A DNA stretch of 64,000 bases, from assembly GCA_963716395.1 (NCBI GenBank), contig OY970309.1, forward strand, positions 832,001 to 896,000, read 5' to 3'. Each line of letters starts with the position of its first letter. Position 1 is the first letter of the stretch. Both the position numbers and the translations under genes were made by a program. The notes below the pieces were generated by a model that was not told the origin of the DNA, did no database searches, and was given only the letters and a program-made list of their open reading frames with translations. Below, piece by piece: positions 9,912-21,200 of this stretch. This DNA comes from an uncultured Fibrobacteria bacterium (lineage in GTDB: Bacteria; Fibrobacterota; Fibrobacteria; UBA11236).

Positions 9912-11895
9912 CCTGCAATTCTACGGCGTTTCGCCCTCGCTGCAATTCTGGGCCTACGCGGTTCTGGTTCTCCCGCTGGCGGCTTTTCTGCTCAACGGCC
10001 TGTGGCTGGGGCGGCGCAACGCCCGCACCGCGGCTGCGGTAGCCACCATTTTAATTGGTTTTTCCTTTGTAGCCGCGCTGGCCTTGGCCGTGGGTTGGCG
10101 CGACGAAATCCTCTACCGGCCTACGCTGTTTCCGGCCGGCGCCGCGCTGGCTTTCGACTACGCCTGGCTGCCCTTTCCTGCGCCGCGCTTCGCGGCCGAT
10201 TTCGGCTACTACCTCGACGCGCTGTCGGTGGCCATGACCTGCATCGTCACCGGCATTTCCTTTCTGGTGCACCTCTATTCGGTCGGCTACATGCGGGAGG
10301 ATCGCAGCGCCGGGCGCTTCTTCGCCCTGCTGCCGTTCTTCACTTTCACCATGCTCGGGCTGGTGGCGGCCCACAATATCGTGCAGACCTTTTTCTTCTG
10401 GGAATTGGTGGGCGCTGCCTCCTATCTGCTTATCGGCTTCTGGTACGAGAAGCCGTCGGCCGTGGCGGCCAGCAAGAAGGCCTTCATTCTCACGCGCCTG
10501 GCCGACGCATTTTTTCTGGCCGGGCTCCTGCTCGCCGGACTCAACGCCCAGAGCTTCGACTTCAGCCATTTGACCACGGCGGCCACGGCCGAGGTACTGA
10601 ACCGCGCCGTGGGCTTCGGGGGAGTTTCCGTCAATCTTTTATTCATCGTCACGATTTTCCTGTATGCCGGCGCCTGGGGCAAATCGGCGCTGTTTCCCCT
10701 GCATGTGTGGTTGCCCGACGCCATGGAAGGTCCGACGCCGGTGTCGGCACTGATCCATTCGGCCACCATGGTGGTGGCCGGCGTTTACCTCACCGCGCGC
10801 CTGTTCCCCTTGTTCGCCGCCTGCCCCGCCACCTTGCATGTGGTGGAACTCACCGGCGTCGTAACCGCGGCCTTCGCGGCTTTGGTGGCCTGCGCACAAA
10901 CCGATCTCAAGCGCATACTGGCCTTTTCGACCCTGTCGCAGATCGGCTATATGATGTTCGCCCTGGGCGTGGCCCAGCCCGGCGACGCCACGGCGGCCGG
11001 ATACAGCGCCTCGTTGTTCCACGTTTTCACCCACGCCTTTTTCAAATGCCTGCTCTTTCTGTCGGCCGGCATGGTGATTCACGCCGTGCACGGACAGGAG
11101 CTCAAAGACGCGGGCGGCTTGCGCAAGCGTCTGCCGTGGACCTATCTCGTGACCTTGATCGCCTGTCTCGCCATTTCCGGCGTATGGCCTTTCTCCGGAT
11201 TCTTTTCCAAAGACGCCATCTTGATGGCGGCGCTGGCCAACGGGCATCGCCTCACCTTTGCCGTCGGCTTGGCCACCGGCGGCCTCACGGCCTTCTACAT
11301 GTTCCGCTATTTCTTTTTGGTGTTTCACGGACCGCAATCCGACCATGCGCCCCGAGGCCATGACGCCTACCACGAACCCGTGGTGATGGTGCTGCCCATG
11401 CTGGCGCTGGCCGTGTTCAGCGTGTTGGGCGGCGCGGCCAAGAGCTGGTACTTCGATTGCGTGCGTCCCTTTCCCGCGCCGCCCTGGTTCGGTCAAACGC
11501 CGCCGATTCCCGCAGGCCATGGCTGGCTGCCCTATGCGGCGCTGTGCATGGCCGCGCTCGGCATCGCCGCGGCCTATGTCTTGTATGTGCAACGGCGGCT
11601 CGAGCCGGGAGAAACCGCGACCTCGCCGCTGTGGTATCGCTGGATGGCGCGCAAGTTTTATCTCGATGCCGTCTGGCTGTACGTGGGCCGCCGCGTGGGG
11701 CTGCGCGGCATGGCGCAACCCCTGGCCACGGTGGAACGCCGCGTGGTGAATGGAGCGTTTGATGGCGGAACCTGGCTGGTCCGCTCCGCCGCCTGGGTGG
11801 TCCGCACCTTCCAAAACGGCCGCCTGCAATTTTATTCCGCGCTGGGTTTGCTCGGCCTGTGCGTTTTTTATTGGGTCGAAGGGGTGGGGCGATGA
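9904..11895 (+). CDS. nuoL: NADH-quinone oxidoreductase subunit L
   Basis: GKSALFPLHVWLPDAMEGPTPVSALIHSATMV, HAFFK, SGFFSKD. Confidence 0.96.
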   Translation: MDNLQFYGVSPSLQFWAYAVLVLPLAAFLLNGLWLGRRNARTAAAVATILIGFSFVAALALAVGWRDEILYRPTLFPAGAALAFDYAWLPFPAPRFAADFGYYLDALSVAMTCIVTGISFLVHLYSVGYMREDRSAGRFFALLPFFTFTMLGLVAAHNIVQTFFFWELVGAASYLLIGFWYEKPSAVAASKKAFILTRLADAFFLAGLLLAGLNAQSFDFSHLTTAATAEVLNRAVGFGGVSVNLLFIVTIFLYAGAWGKSALFPLHVWLPDAMEGPTPVSALIHSATMVVAGVYLTARLFPLFAACPATLHVVELTGVVTAAFAALVACAQTDLKRILAFSTLSQIGYMMFALGVAQPGDATAAGYSASLFHVFTHAFFKCLLFLSAGMVIHAVHGQELKDAGGLRKRLPWTYLVTLIACLAISGVWPFSGFFSKDAILMAALANGHRLTFAVGLATGGLTAFYMFRYFFLVFHGPQSDHAPRGHDAYHEPVVMVLPMLALAVFSVLGGAAKSWYFDCVRPFPAPPWFGQTPPIPAGHGWLPYAALCMAALGIAAAYVLYVQRRLEPGETATSPLWYRWMARKFYLDAVWLYVGRRVGLRGMAQPLATVERRVVNGAFDGGTWLVRSAAWVVRTFQNGRLQFYSALGLLGLCVFYWVEGVGR

Positions 11896-13409
11896 ACGGC
11901 TTTCCCCTGGAAACCTGGACCCTCAACTTCGTCTGGATTTTTCCCCTGGGCGCGGCGCTGCTTTTGGCGGCGATTCCGGCCGAGCGCAAACAGGCCATCC
12001 GCAAGCTCGCGGCCGCGGCCGCGGGCATCAACCTCTTGGCCGTGGCCTGGCTCACCGCGCGTTTCGCCTGGGCCGGACCCATGGCCGATTTCGGCGCCAC
12101 GCGTTCGGATTTGATGTTCGTGGTGAAGGTGCCGTGGATTCCCAAAATCGGGGCCGAGTATTTCGTGGGCGTCGACGCCATCTCCATGTTCCTCATGCTG
12201 CTGGCCGCCGTCATCGTGTTCTGCGGCACCTTGGCCAGTTGGCGCATCGAGTCGCGGGTCAAAGAGTTTTTCATTCTGCTGCAAGTGCTGGCCGCGGGAA
12301 CCTTCGGCGCCTTCATGTCCTTTGACTTGCTCGCCTTCTTCTTCTTCAACGAGCTGACTTTGATCCCGACCTATCTGCTCATCGCGATGTACGGCACGGG
12401 GCGCAAGGAATACGCGGCCATGAAACTCACCTTGATCCTGCTGGGGGGATCGGCGCTGGTGCTGCTCGGCATTCTGGGCGTGTATTTCGAAGCCGGCGCG
12501 CATACCTTCAACCTGCTCGACTTGGCGCAGGTTCATTTCGATCTCGCCTTCCAACACTGGGCATTTCCCGCCCTGTTTTTGGGCTTCGCGATTCTGGGCA
12601 ACCTGTTTCCCTTTCACATCTGGTCGCCCGACGGCCACGCCTCGGCGCCCACGGCCGTGTCGATGTTTCTGGCCGGCGTGCACATGAAACTGGGAAGTTA
12701 CGGGTGCCTGCGTCTGGCCCTGTACCTGCTTCCCGAAGGCGCGCGCTATTGGGCCGGACCCTTTTTCGCCCTGTCCGTGGCCGGCGCCTTATGGGGCGCC
12801 TTCGTGGCCGCGCGCCAAACCGATCTCAAATACATGAACGCGTATTCGTCGGTGTCGCATTGCGCTTTGGTGTTTCTGGGATTATGCGCGCTCAACGCCA
12901 CGGCCCTGCGCGGGGCCGTGCTGCAAATGGTGTCGCATGGCCTCATCACCGCCGCCCTGTTCTGCGTCATCGGCATGCTTTATGAACGCACCCACACGCG
13001 GCAAATTTCCGCGATGGGCGGCCTGATGCGCTCCGTGCCTTTTCTGGGAGTGTGCATGGTGCTGGCTGGTTTCGCCGGACTGGGCCTGCCCGGATTCTCG
13101 GGCTTTCCCGCGGAAATCAATATTTTCCTGGGCGGCTTTCTGGGCGCGACGCCGGCCATGCGCGTGGGCACCTTGCTGGCCCTGGGTTCCATCGTGGTGG
13201 CGGCCGTGTATCTGTTGCGGGCGGTGAACGCCGTCTTGCATGGCCCGCCCAAAGGCCCGGCTCCGGGAGCCGACGCAAGCCGGGTCGAGCGTTGGGCGCT
13301 GGGGTTGCTGCTCTTTGGCATCGTGGCCATGGGATTGTTCCCACAATGGATGGCGGTGCGCCTCGACGACGCCCTCATTCCCATCCTGAACAATTTGAAT
13401 CGCGGATGA
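11892..13409 (+). CDS. nuoM: NADH-quinone oxidoreductase subunit M
   Basis: FPFHIWSPDGHASAPT, MKLGSYG, AYSSVSH, QMVSHG, LGLPGFSGF. Confidence 0.95.
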   Translation: MNGFPLETWTLNFVWIFPLGAALLLAAIPAERKQAIRKLAAAAAGINLLAVAWLTARFAWAGPMADFGATRSDLMFVVKVPWIPKIGAEYFVGVDAISMFLMLLAAVIVFCGTLASWRIESRVKEFFILLQVLAAGTFGAFMSFDLLAFFFFNELTLIPTYLLIAMYGTGRKEYAAMKLTLILLGGSALVLLGILGVYFEAGAHTFNLLDLAQVHFDLAFQHWAFPALFLGFAILGNLFPFHIWSPDGHASAPTAVSMFLAGVHMKLGSYGCLRLALYLLPEGARYWAGPFFALSVAGALWGAFVAARQTDLKYMNAYSSVSHCALVFLGLCALNATALRGAVLQMVSHGLITAALFCVIGMLYERTHTRQISAMGGLMRSVPFLGVCMVLAGFAGLGLPGFSGFPAEINIFLGGFLGATPAMRVGTLLALGSIVVAAVYLLRAVNAVLHGPPKGPAPGADASRVERWALGLLLFGIVAMGLFPQWMAVRLDDALIPILNNLNRG

Positions 13410-14821
13410 ACGCCCCCTACCTGCCCGATCTTCTGCTGCTGGCCACGGGTGTGGCGGTATTGCTGGTCGACGCCGGACGCCGCGACGAAGAAGGCGCCCT
13501 GTGCGGGCGCGTGGCCATGGCCGGCTGCGCGCTGGTGGTGGCCGCTTTGTTCCTGACCTGGCCGCGGGAGTCCGCGGGCTGGCCCACCTATGTGCTGGGG
13601 CCGCACGAATACCGTTGGCGGCTTTTCTTCACCGTAACCTTGCTGTTTACCCAGTGGTTTTCCACCGCCTATTTCCGCGGCGACGAAGAATCCGCCTACG
13701 GCGGACGTCCCGCCCTGACCCGTCCGGGCGCGTTTCACGCCTTGCTTCTCTTCTGCACCACGGGCATGTTCGCCTTGGTGTCGGCGCGCGACCTGCTCAC
13801 CCTGTTCGTGGCGCTTGAACTGGCAACCTTGCCGTTATTCGCTTTGGCCGGATTTCAATCGCGCCAAAACGACGGGGTCGAAGCCGCGTCCAAACTGGTG
13901 GTCACCGCCGGCCTGGCCGTGGCCTTGAACCTTTTCGGCATTTCGCTGTTGTACGGCGCCTCGGGCGGTTTGTCGTACGCGGCCCTGGCCGCGGCGGCCG
14001 CACATCCCGGGCCGGCGTTGTGGCTGGGAACCCTGCTGGTATTCGGCGGGTTGGCCTTCAAGATTTCGGCGGTGCCGTTCCAGATGTGGGCGCCCGACGT
14101 GTACGAAGGCGCGCCCACGCCGGTGACCGCTTTTTTATCCGTGGCTTCCAAGGCCGCGGGTTTGGCGGCTCTGGCCGTGTTGTTCTTCGGGCCGCTCGAC
14201 GCGCTGCGCGCGCGCTTTTATCCGGTGCTGGCCACCGCGGCCGTGATCACCATGTCGGCGGGAAACCTGGGCGCCATCCGGCAGACACGGATGCGGCGCT
14301 TCATCGCCTATTCCTCCATCGCCCAGGCCGGCTATTTTCTGCTGGCTTTCACGGGCGCGGCCGATCGCGGACGCAACGCGCTGATGTTCAACCTGTGGGT
14401 ATACGGCGCGGCCAATCTGGCCTTGTTCTACGTCATGCGTTCCTGCGGGCCGCGGCGCAAAGAAACCTTGCGCATGTTCCGCGGCCTGTCGCTGGAGCGG
14501 CCGGGTTTGGCGCTGCTGCTTTTGCTCAGCCTGTTCTCGCTGGCGGGCCTTCCTCCGCTGGCCGGGTTTCTGGGAAAATTCCAGCTCTTCTCCGTGGCCG
14601 CAGCCGGCGGACATTACCCGTTGGTCTTTATCGCCTTGGCCAACGCCGTGGTTTCGCTGTACTACTACCTGCAGCCGGTACGCGAAGCCTATATCTCGGC
14701 CGCCGATCCTGATTTGCCGGCCATGGGGCGGCTCGGATGGTTCGATACCGTGCCGCTCTGGGTGTTGGGCGCGGCCGTAGCCTTGCTGGCGGTTTGGCCC
14801 GGCCCGTTTCTCGGGCGTTAA
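13406..14821 (+). CDS. nuoN: NADH-quinone oxidoreductase subunit N
   Basis: FKISAVPFQMWAPDVYEGAPTPV, AYSSIAQAGY, SLAGLPPLAGFLGK; ATG at 13406. Confidence 0.95.
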   Translation: MNAPYLPDLLLLATGVAVLLVDAGRRDEEGALCGRVAMAGCALVVAALFLTWPRESAGWPTYVLGPHEYRWRLFFTVTLLFTQWFSTAYFRGDEESAYGGRPALTRPGAFHALLLFCTTGMFALVSARDLLTLFVALELATLPLFALAGFQSRQNDGVEAASKLVVTAGLAVALNLFGISLLYGASGGLSYAALAAAAAHPGPALWLGTLLVFGGLAFKISAVPFQMWAPDVYEGAPTPVTAFLSVASKAAGLAALAVLFFGPLDALRARFYPVLATAAVITMSAGNLGAIRQTRMRRFIAYSSIAQAGYFLLAFTGAADRGRNALMFNLWVYGAANLALFYVMRSCGPRRKETLRMFRGLSLERPGLALLLLLSLFSLAGLPPLAGFLGKFQLFSVAAAGGHYPLVFIALANAVVSLYYYLQPVREAYISAADPDLPAMGRLGWFDTVPLWVLGAAVALLAVWPGPFLGR

Positions 14822-15131
14822 GCGTATCGTTCTGGTTACCGGATCGTAGCAGGTACGATTCGCCCCGGTTTCGCCGGAGGCCGGCTGCGGCTTGAGCGTG
14901 AACCCGCCATCCGGCGGATGGAAACCGAAACAGACGAATACAGCAATATTCAGGCCCATTTCCGAAAGCTCTACCAGCCCCGGCAAACCCCGTTGACAAG
15001 ATGTGAATAGTTATTGGAGTTAACCAATTTTATGGATTTTTAAAACCAAAATCGCCAACACATTTGAATATTTATCGAAAATCACATTTTTGTTTCAAAT
15101 CTATTTTTTCCGCGACTTGGCAAAAATCCGC

Positions 15132-15159
15132 TTGACCATATTCACAATACGGTTTTAAT
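15132..15159 (+). promoter_or_regulatory. Candidate sigma70 promoter for the teneurin-like toxin gene
   Basis: TTGACC-N16-TTTAAT in an AT-rich intergenic region about 110 nt upstream of ATG 15267. Confidence 0.35.
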
Positions 15160-15266
15160 TTCCGTCTAATCTCGGAAACGAGATCGAAATTTATTCGTGG
15201 CGGACATCACACTCGCGCGTGAGAGCCCGTCAATTTGGTTTACACAATAAACGATCGGGTTCGAGC

Positions 15267-18200
15267 ATGCGCCTTTTACCCGACCTTCGCGGGGGCTTTA
15301 ACGGCAGAAGCATAATTCCGGGAGTCGTTCTGATTACCGCGTTGATGGCGCGGGCCGGGCTCCCCGGCTGCCTCGACGGCTACGCCCTATATTCCAAGGC
15401 TCAAACCGTAATGGGTGATCGCGACAGCCTTTACTCCGGCACAATCGGCTCCAACGGCACCGTGACTCTCGGCCAGGATGCCAAGCTCATGGGTGATGTG
15501 ACGTCGCACGGCAATATCCTCTTGATGGATCGATCCACGGTCTACGGCCATGTGACTTCCGGCGGCTCGGTGACCTTACAGTCCGGCGCCCAAATCACCG
15601 GCAACACGCAACAAAACGCGTCGGTCCCGATTTGCAACTTGCCCCAGGATACTTTTTCCATCGGGTCTCAGGACATCACGATATACGCCGGTGTCACTAC
15701 GGATCTTCCGCCGGGGAATTATAAAGACGTGCATGTTTACGGAAATGGACGGTTGAAACTGCATTCCGGCACCTATGCCTTGCAATCTTTGACCACCGAT
15801 GCCGACGGCCAATTCGAGTTCGATCCCTCGGAAGGCGCTATCGAGGTGTATACCAAAGTCAATATGGCTTTCGGTGATCGCACGCAATTCAATTTCACCG
15901 GCACCGCCTCTCCCGACAAAATCGAGTTCTTCAGCCGGCAACCCAGCGCCTTGACGGTGGGGACCGACATGCAATTCCAGGGCACTTTGGTAGCGCCTTG
16001 GGCGCAGGTGCACGTTTTTTCCCGAACGACTTTTTCCGGAGCGGTGTACGCCGATTCCCTGAATTTCGAGCCCGACGTGCGCGTGCATGATGTTCCCTAT
16101 GCTTCGCTACCCGTCGTCGCGATTACCAGCCCCTCCAATGGCTTTTTGACCAAGCAGAGCACCATTCCCGTGGCCTGGACCATCAACGGCGTGAGCCAAA
16201 CCTCGCAAACCACGGAGAATCTCACCGTAGAAGGAAACAACGAGGTCATTCGCTGTTCAGATGGCGTTTGCGATTCGATCACCGTGGTTCGCGATCAAAC
16301 GCCGCCCGTCGTCAAAATCACCAGCCCGGCCAACGGATTTTACACCAATCAAACATCGGTTCCGGTGGCATGGACGGTGGATGGGGTGAATCAAACCACG
16401 CAAACGACCGAAACTCTGGTGGAAGGGGCGAACGCCATCACCCGAAGCGCGACTGATTCGGCCGGGAATACCGGGACGGCTGAAATTACTGTGACTCTCG
16501 ACACGCAACCTCCGGTGGTTCACATTACTTCTCCGGTCGATGGCGCCACCCTGGAAGACGGCAACCCGATTCAGGTCGAGTATACGGTGGATGGGCAGCC
16601 GCAAGCACCCACTCCTTTCACCTTGGTGGAAGGGGAAAATCAAATTGTGGTGACGAATACCGATGCAGCGGGAAATGTCGGCGCCGACACCATTCATGTG
16701 ACTTATATCACGAATTCCCCGACCTGGCCGACCGGAACACAGATAACCGCCACGGATATCCAGGCGTCCAGCATAACCTTGCATTGGCCGGCCCCCCCAT
16801 CCGGCCATGGAATCCTGCATTATTTGGTATACCAGGGCGACGTATTGCTCGCCACCTTGCCCGGCAACCAAACCGATTATGCGGCGACCGGTCTTCTCAT
16901 CAACACCCATTACGCCTTTACCGTCGCCGCCGTGGATACGTTGAACAACATGAGTTCCGGCGGGCCGCAAGGTTCGTTCACGACCGCCAACCAATTGCCG
17001 CCCGATCCGGCGACCATTGCCCCCTCCTTGCCGGCTGAACAGACCACCAGCATGATTTCCGAAGTCGCCTTTCTTTTCCAGGGTCCGAATGCCATTCAAA
17101 CCGGTGTGGCCGACAGCGCCATCAATGCCGTTCACCTCGCGGTTTTGCGCGGGGTAGTGCAGGACAAGCAAGGAAACCCCATTCCCGGCGTTACGGTTTC
17201 GCTGTTGGGGCATTCCGAATTCGGCAGCACGGTGACCCGGACCGACGGCGAATATGATTTGGCCCTCAACGGCGGAGGCCAAGTCACGGTGTCTTTTGCG
17301 GCCCAAAATTATTTGACCGTGGAGCGCAGCCTGCATCCGCGTTGGCAGGAATTCGATGCGGTGGATACCGTGGTCATGGTTTCTATCGACACTGCGGTCA
17401 GCCAAATCTCCCTGGCCCCGCTTTTACCCATGCAAGTCGCGCAGGGCAGCGAAGTCTCCGATTCCAGCGGCGTCCGTCAGGCCACCTTGCTGTTCCCGAC
17501 CAACACCCAAGCCACCATGACGTTGCCCGGCGGTGGCATGCAAACCCTTAGTTCCATGCACGTACGCGCCACCGAATTTACCGTGGGGCCCAACGGTCAA
17601 AAAGCCATGCCGGGAAATTTGCCTCCCAACAGCGCCTATACCTATGCCGTGGAATTTACCGTAGACGAGGCACAGGCTGCGAGCGCCACCCAGGTGCAAT
17701 TCAGCAATCCGGTTTGGAATTACGTGCAGAACTTTTTGAATATTCCCGTGGGGTACGATGTGCCTTCGGCTTACTTCGATCCGCACAAGGGGCAATGGAT
17801 TCCCACCGCAGACGGGCGGGTTATCCGCATCGCCGGCATCACCAACGGCGAAGCCGACGTGGTGGTGGATACCGACGGAACCATTGCCGCGGCGCAAAGA
17901 CTCGCCGATTTCGGAATCACCGACGAGGAAAGAACCAAACTCGCCACGCTTTATTCGCCCGGGCAAACTCTGTGGCGCGTGCCCGTTCAGCATTTCACCT
18001 CCTACGATTACAATTACCCGCCCGGGTTGCCGCCCGACGCCGCCAATCCCAATGCCGGTGATCCCGATCACGATCACTCGGGGTCTTGCGGCGACGGCGG
18101 CGGGCAGGGTGATGACGTCGTGAGCGGGTCCGACATCGATTGCCAGACCCAATCCTTAGGCGAAGACGTTGCGGTACCGGGCTTTCCCGGTCTTCACTAC

Positions 18201-21200
18201 CGCAGCGATCGCGTGCCGGCCCCGCGCTGGAACACCCTGCAAATTCATGTCAGTGATGCGTCGCTTCCGGCCAGCGTCGAATTCATCAACTTGCATGTCT
18301 TCGTGGCCGGCAGAACGTTTACCTATACCTTTCCGCCCCAGCCCAATATCGTTTTTCCCTTTACTTGGGACGGCATGGACGCTTATGGGAGGCATCTCTC
18401 CGGTCGGCAACCCTACTCGTATACCCTAGATTACGCATACCCTCTTGCCTATCAAACTCCGGTCTATTCCGGCTCGCCGTCCTGCGGTCAAAGCGGCAAT
18501 CTCGTAACCCCGTGCTTCAGTTTCGGGTTGAACGGCCTACCCAGTATTACGCCGATTCAAGCCAGGTCGATTTATTTCATGGGCGACAGTTATCAAGGCT
18601 ATTTGGGCGCGCCCGAAATCGAAGACGTGGGCCGGGGTTGGACTTTGGATTCCCATCACAGTTACGATCCGACTTCGGGCATTTTGCATCTCGGCAGCGG
18701 CCAGGATCGCTCGGTGCAAACCCTGCTCGGCGCGATTTACACTGTGGCCGGCGTCAAAGGCACCAATGGTTATAGCGGGGATGGGGGGCCGGCGCTGAAC
18801 GCCGAACTTTCCAATATCAACGATATGGACATCGGCCCCGACGGCTCCATTTACCTGGCCGAAAGAGGCTCCGACCGAATTCGTAAAATCGATCCGAACG
18901 GCAATATTTCCACCGTCGCCCAAGGACACGAATGGTATACGGTGAAAGCCGCGCCGGACGGCTCTTTGTATATGGGCGACGGAGGCAGCGGCGTAGAAGT
19001 TTGGAAGCTCTCCCCGCAAGGCCAATTATCGGTATTTGCCGGGGGCGGTTCGCCCGACTCCGGATACGGCGACGGGGGTCCCGCCACCCAGGCCAGCCTT
19101 TCCTATCCGCATAACGTCGACATCGGTCCGGATGGCAGCGTATACATCGCGGATTTATACCATAATTTGGTGCGACGCGTGACTCCGGACGGCATTATCC
19201 ATACCGTGGCCGGCGGGGGCAGCGGTTACGCCGACGGGCTCCCCGCCACTTCTGTCAATATCAGCGTAGACTGGGTTTCGGTGGCGGCCGACGGCAGCAT
19301 TTACATCGCCGACGCCGTCGGGGGTGCCATTCGCAAGGTCAATCCCGCTGGGATCATCTCCACCGTGGCCGGAAACGGCACATCCGGCACCGACGGCGAC
19401 GGAGGCCCCGCCTTGCAGGCGCAAATCGTCACCTCGCGCGTCAAGGTTTTCAATACCAAGGACGGCGGAACCCGCATTTATTTCTTTGACGAACTTAATC
19501 GCACCGTTCGTTTCATCGATGAAAACGGCATCGTCAATCGGCTGGCCGGCGGAGGAAGCGATGCCACCGACGACGGCATTCCGGTCTTGGCGGCCAATGT
19601 CAGCGAACCCCGAGGCATTGCCGTGGATCCCGACGGCAATGTTTATCTCGGCTTATTCGGCGGCCAAGGTTTGGTGCGAAAAATCATCGGGCAATTTCCC
19701 GCCTTTACCGATCAAAACCTTTCCATTCCCTCGTCCGACGGCAGTGAGGTTTATCTCTTCAGCCCCGAAGGCCGCCATTTGAAAACCTATAACGCCTATA
19801 CCGGCCAGGAATTATTGAATTTCAGTTATGACGACTTCGGTGATTTGACCCAAATCACCGACCCGTACGGCAATGCCACAAGCATCGAGAGAGATGCCAA
19901 TGGCGCGCCCCTGGCCCTTCACAACGCCTATGGGCAAAGCTTGCGACTCAATACCGACGCCGACGGCAACCTGACCCAGATTGCCTTGCCGAACAACGAC
20001 ACCCATGCGTTTACCTACACCGACGGCAATCTCATGGCCACCTACACAACGCCCAATGGCCAAGTGCATACTTTCACCTATGACGACGAGGGGCGCTTAA
20101 CCAAAGATCAGGATCCGGCCGGCGGGTTTACGACGGTGGCAAAACAGACCATGCCGGATCAAAGCTGGGTATCGAAATTGACCTCGGCCTTGGGGCGCAT
20201 CCATTCCTATGAAACCGATTTCACCCCGGATTTGAGCAAGGTCAAGGTGAACACCGATCCCGCGGGATTGGTCACCACCACCGAAACCGCAGCGGCCGGC
20301 GTTGTCATCACCGACAATCCCGACAGCACGGAAACACGCGTCGTTCTCGGGCCCAACCCGCAACTCGCTTTTCAAGGCATGGTACCCACGGTCACCCTGA
20401 CCGATTTGCCCAGCGGATTGACGCAACGAGTTTATGAAAACCAGAGTGCGACCTTGGCCGACCCGAATAATTTCTTAAGCCTTACAAGTTTCGCCGATAC
20501 CAACACCATCAACGGCCGCGCCTTCTTGACGCGCTATGATAATTCCGACCGCGAATGGCTGGCCACTTCGCCCGAAGGCCGGAGCACGGCTTCTATCGTG
20601 GATCAGTTCGGCAAGGTGGTGGAGCGCGACGTGCCCGAAGTGGACAAGATGAATTACTCCTATGATGACCGTGGCCGCCTGACCTCGATGACGCAAGGCT
20701 CGGGTGGCGACGCCCGCGTCACCGCCTTCGCCTATGACAACGCCGGCTACCTGGCTGCGATTCAAGACGCCGAGAACAGGACCTTCGCCTTCACCTATGA
20801 TGGCGCAGGACGGGTCACCCAGGAAACCATGCCTGACGGCCGCCAGGTGAATTACACCTATGACGGCGACGGCAACGTGGCCTCGATCACACCGCCGGGA
20901 AAACCCGAGCATGATTTCACCTATACCCCCATTGACCTCGAAGCAACCTATTCGCCGCCACCGCTCGGCGCCGGGCTTTGGACCACGCAAAACGGTTATA
21001 ACCTCGACCAGCAATTGCTCGACGTGAATCGGCCCGACAATCGCAACATTCATTACAACTACGACACGGCCGGAAGGGTTTCGTCCATCAACACGCCAAG
21101 CGGAGACTATACCTTCGGGTATAATTCGACGACCGGGCATTTGCAAACATTGTCTTCACCCTATTCTGAAACCCTCGGCTATAACTATGACGGATTTTTG

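Noticed and set aside
14822-15266. Possible riboswitch or ncRNA upstream of the toxin gene
   Set aside because: Only small hairpins seen and no motif I can support; a covariance-model search would be needed
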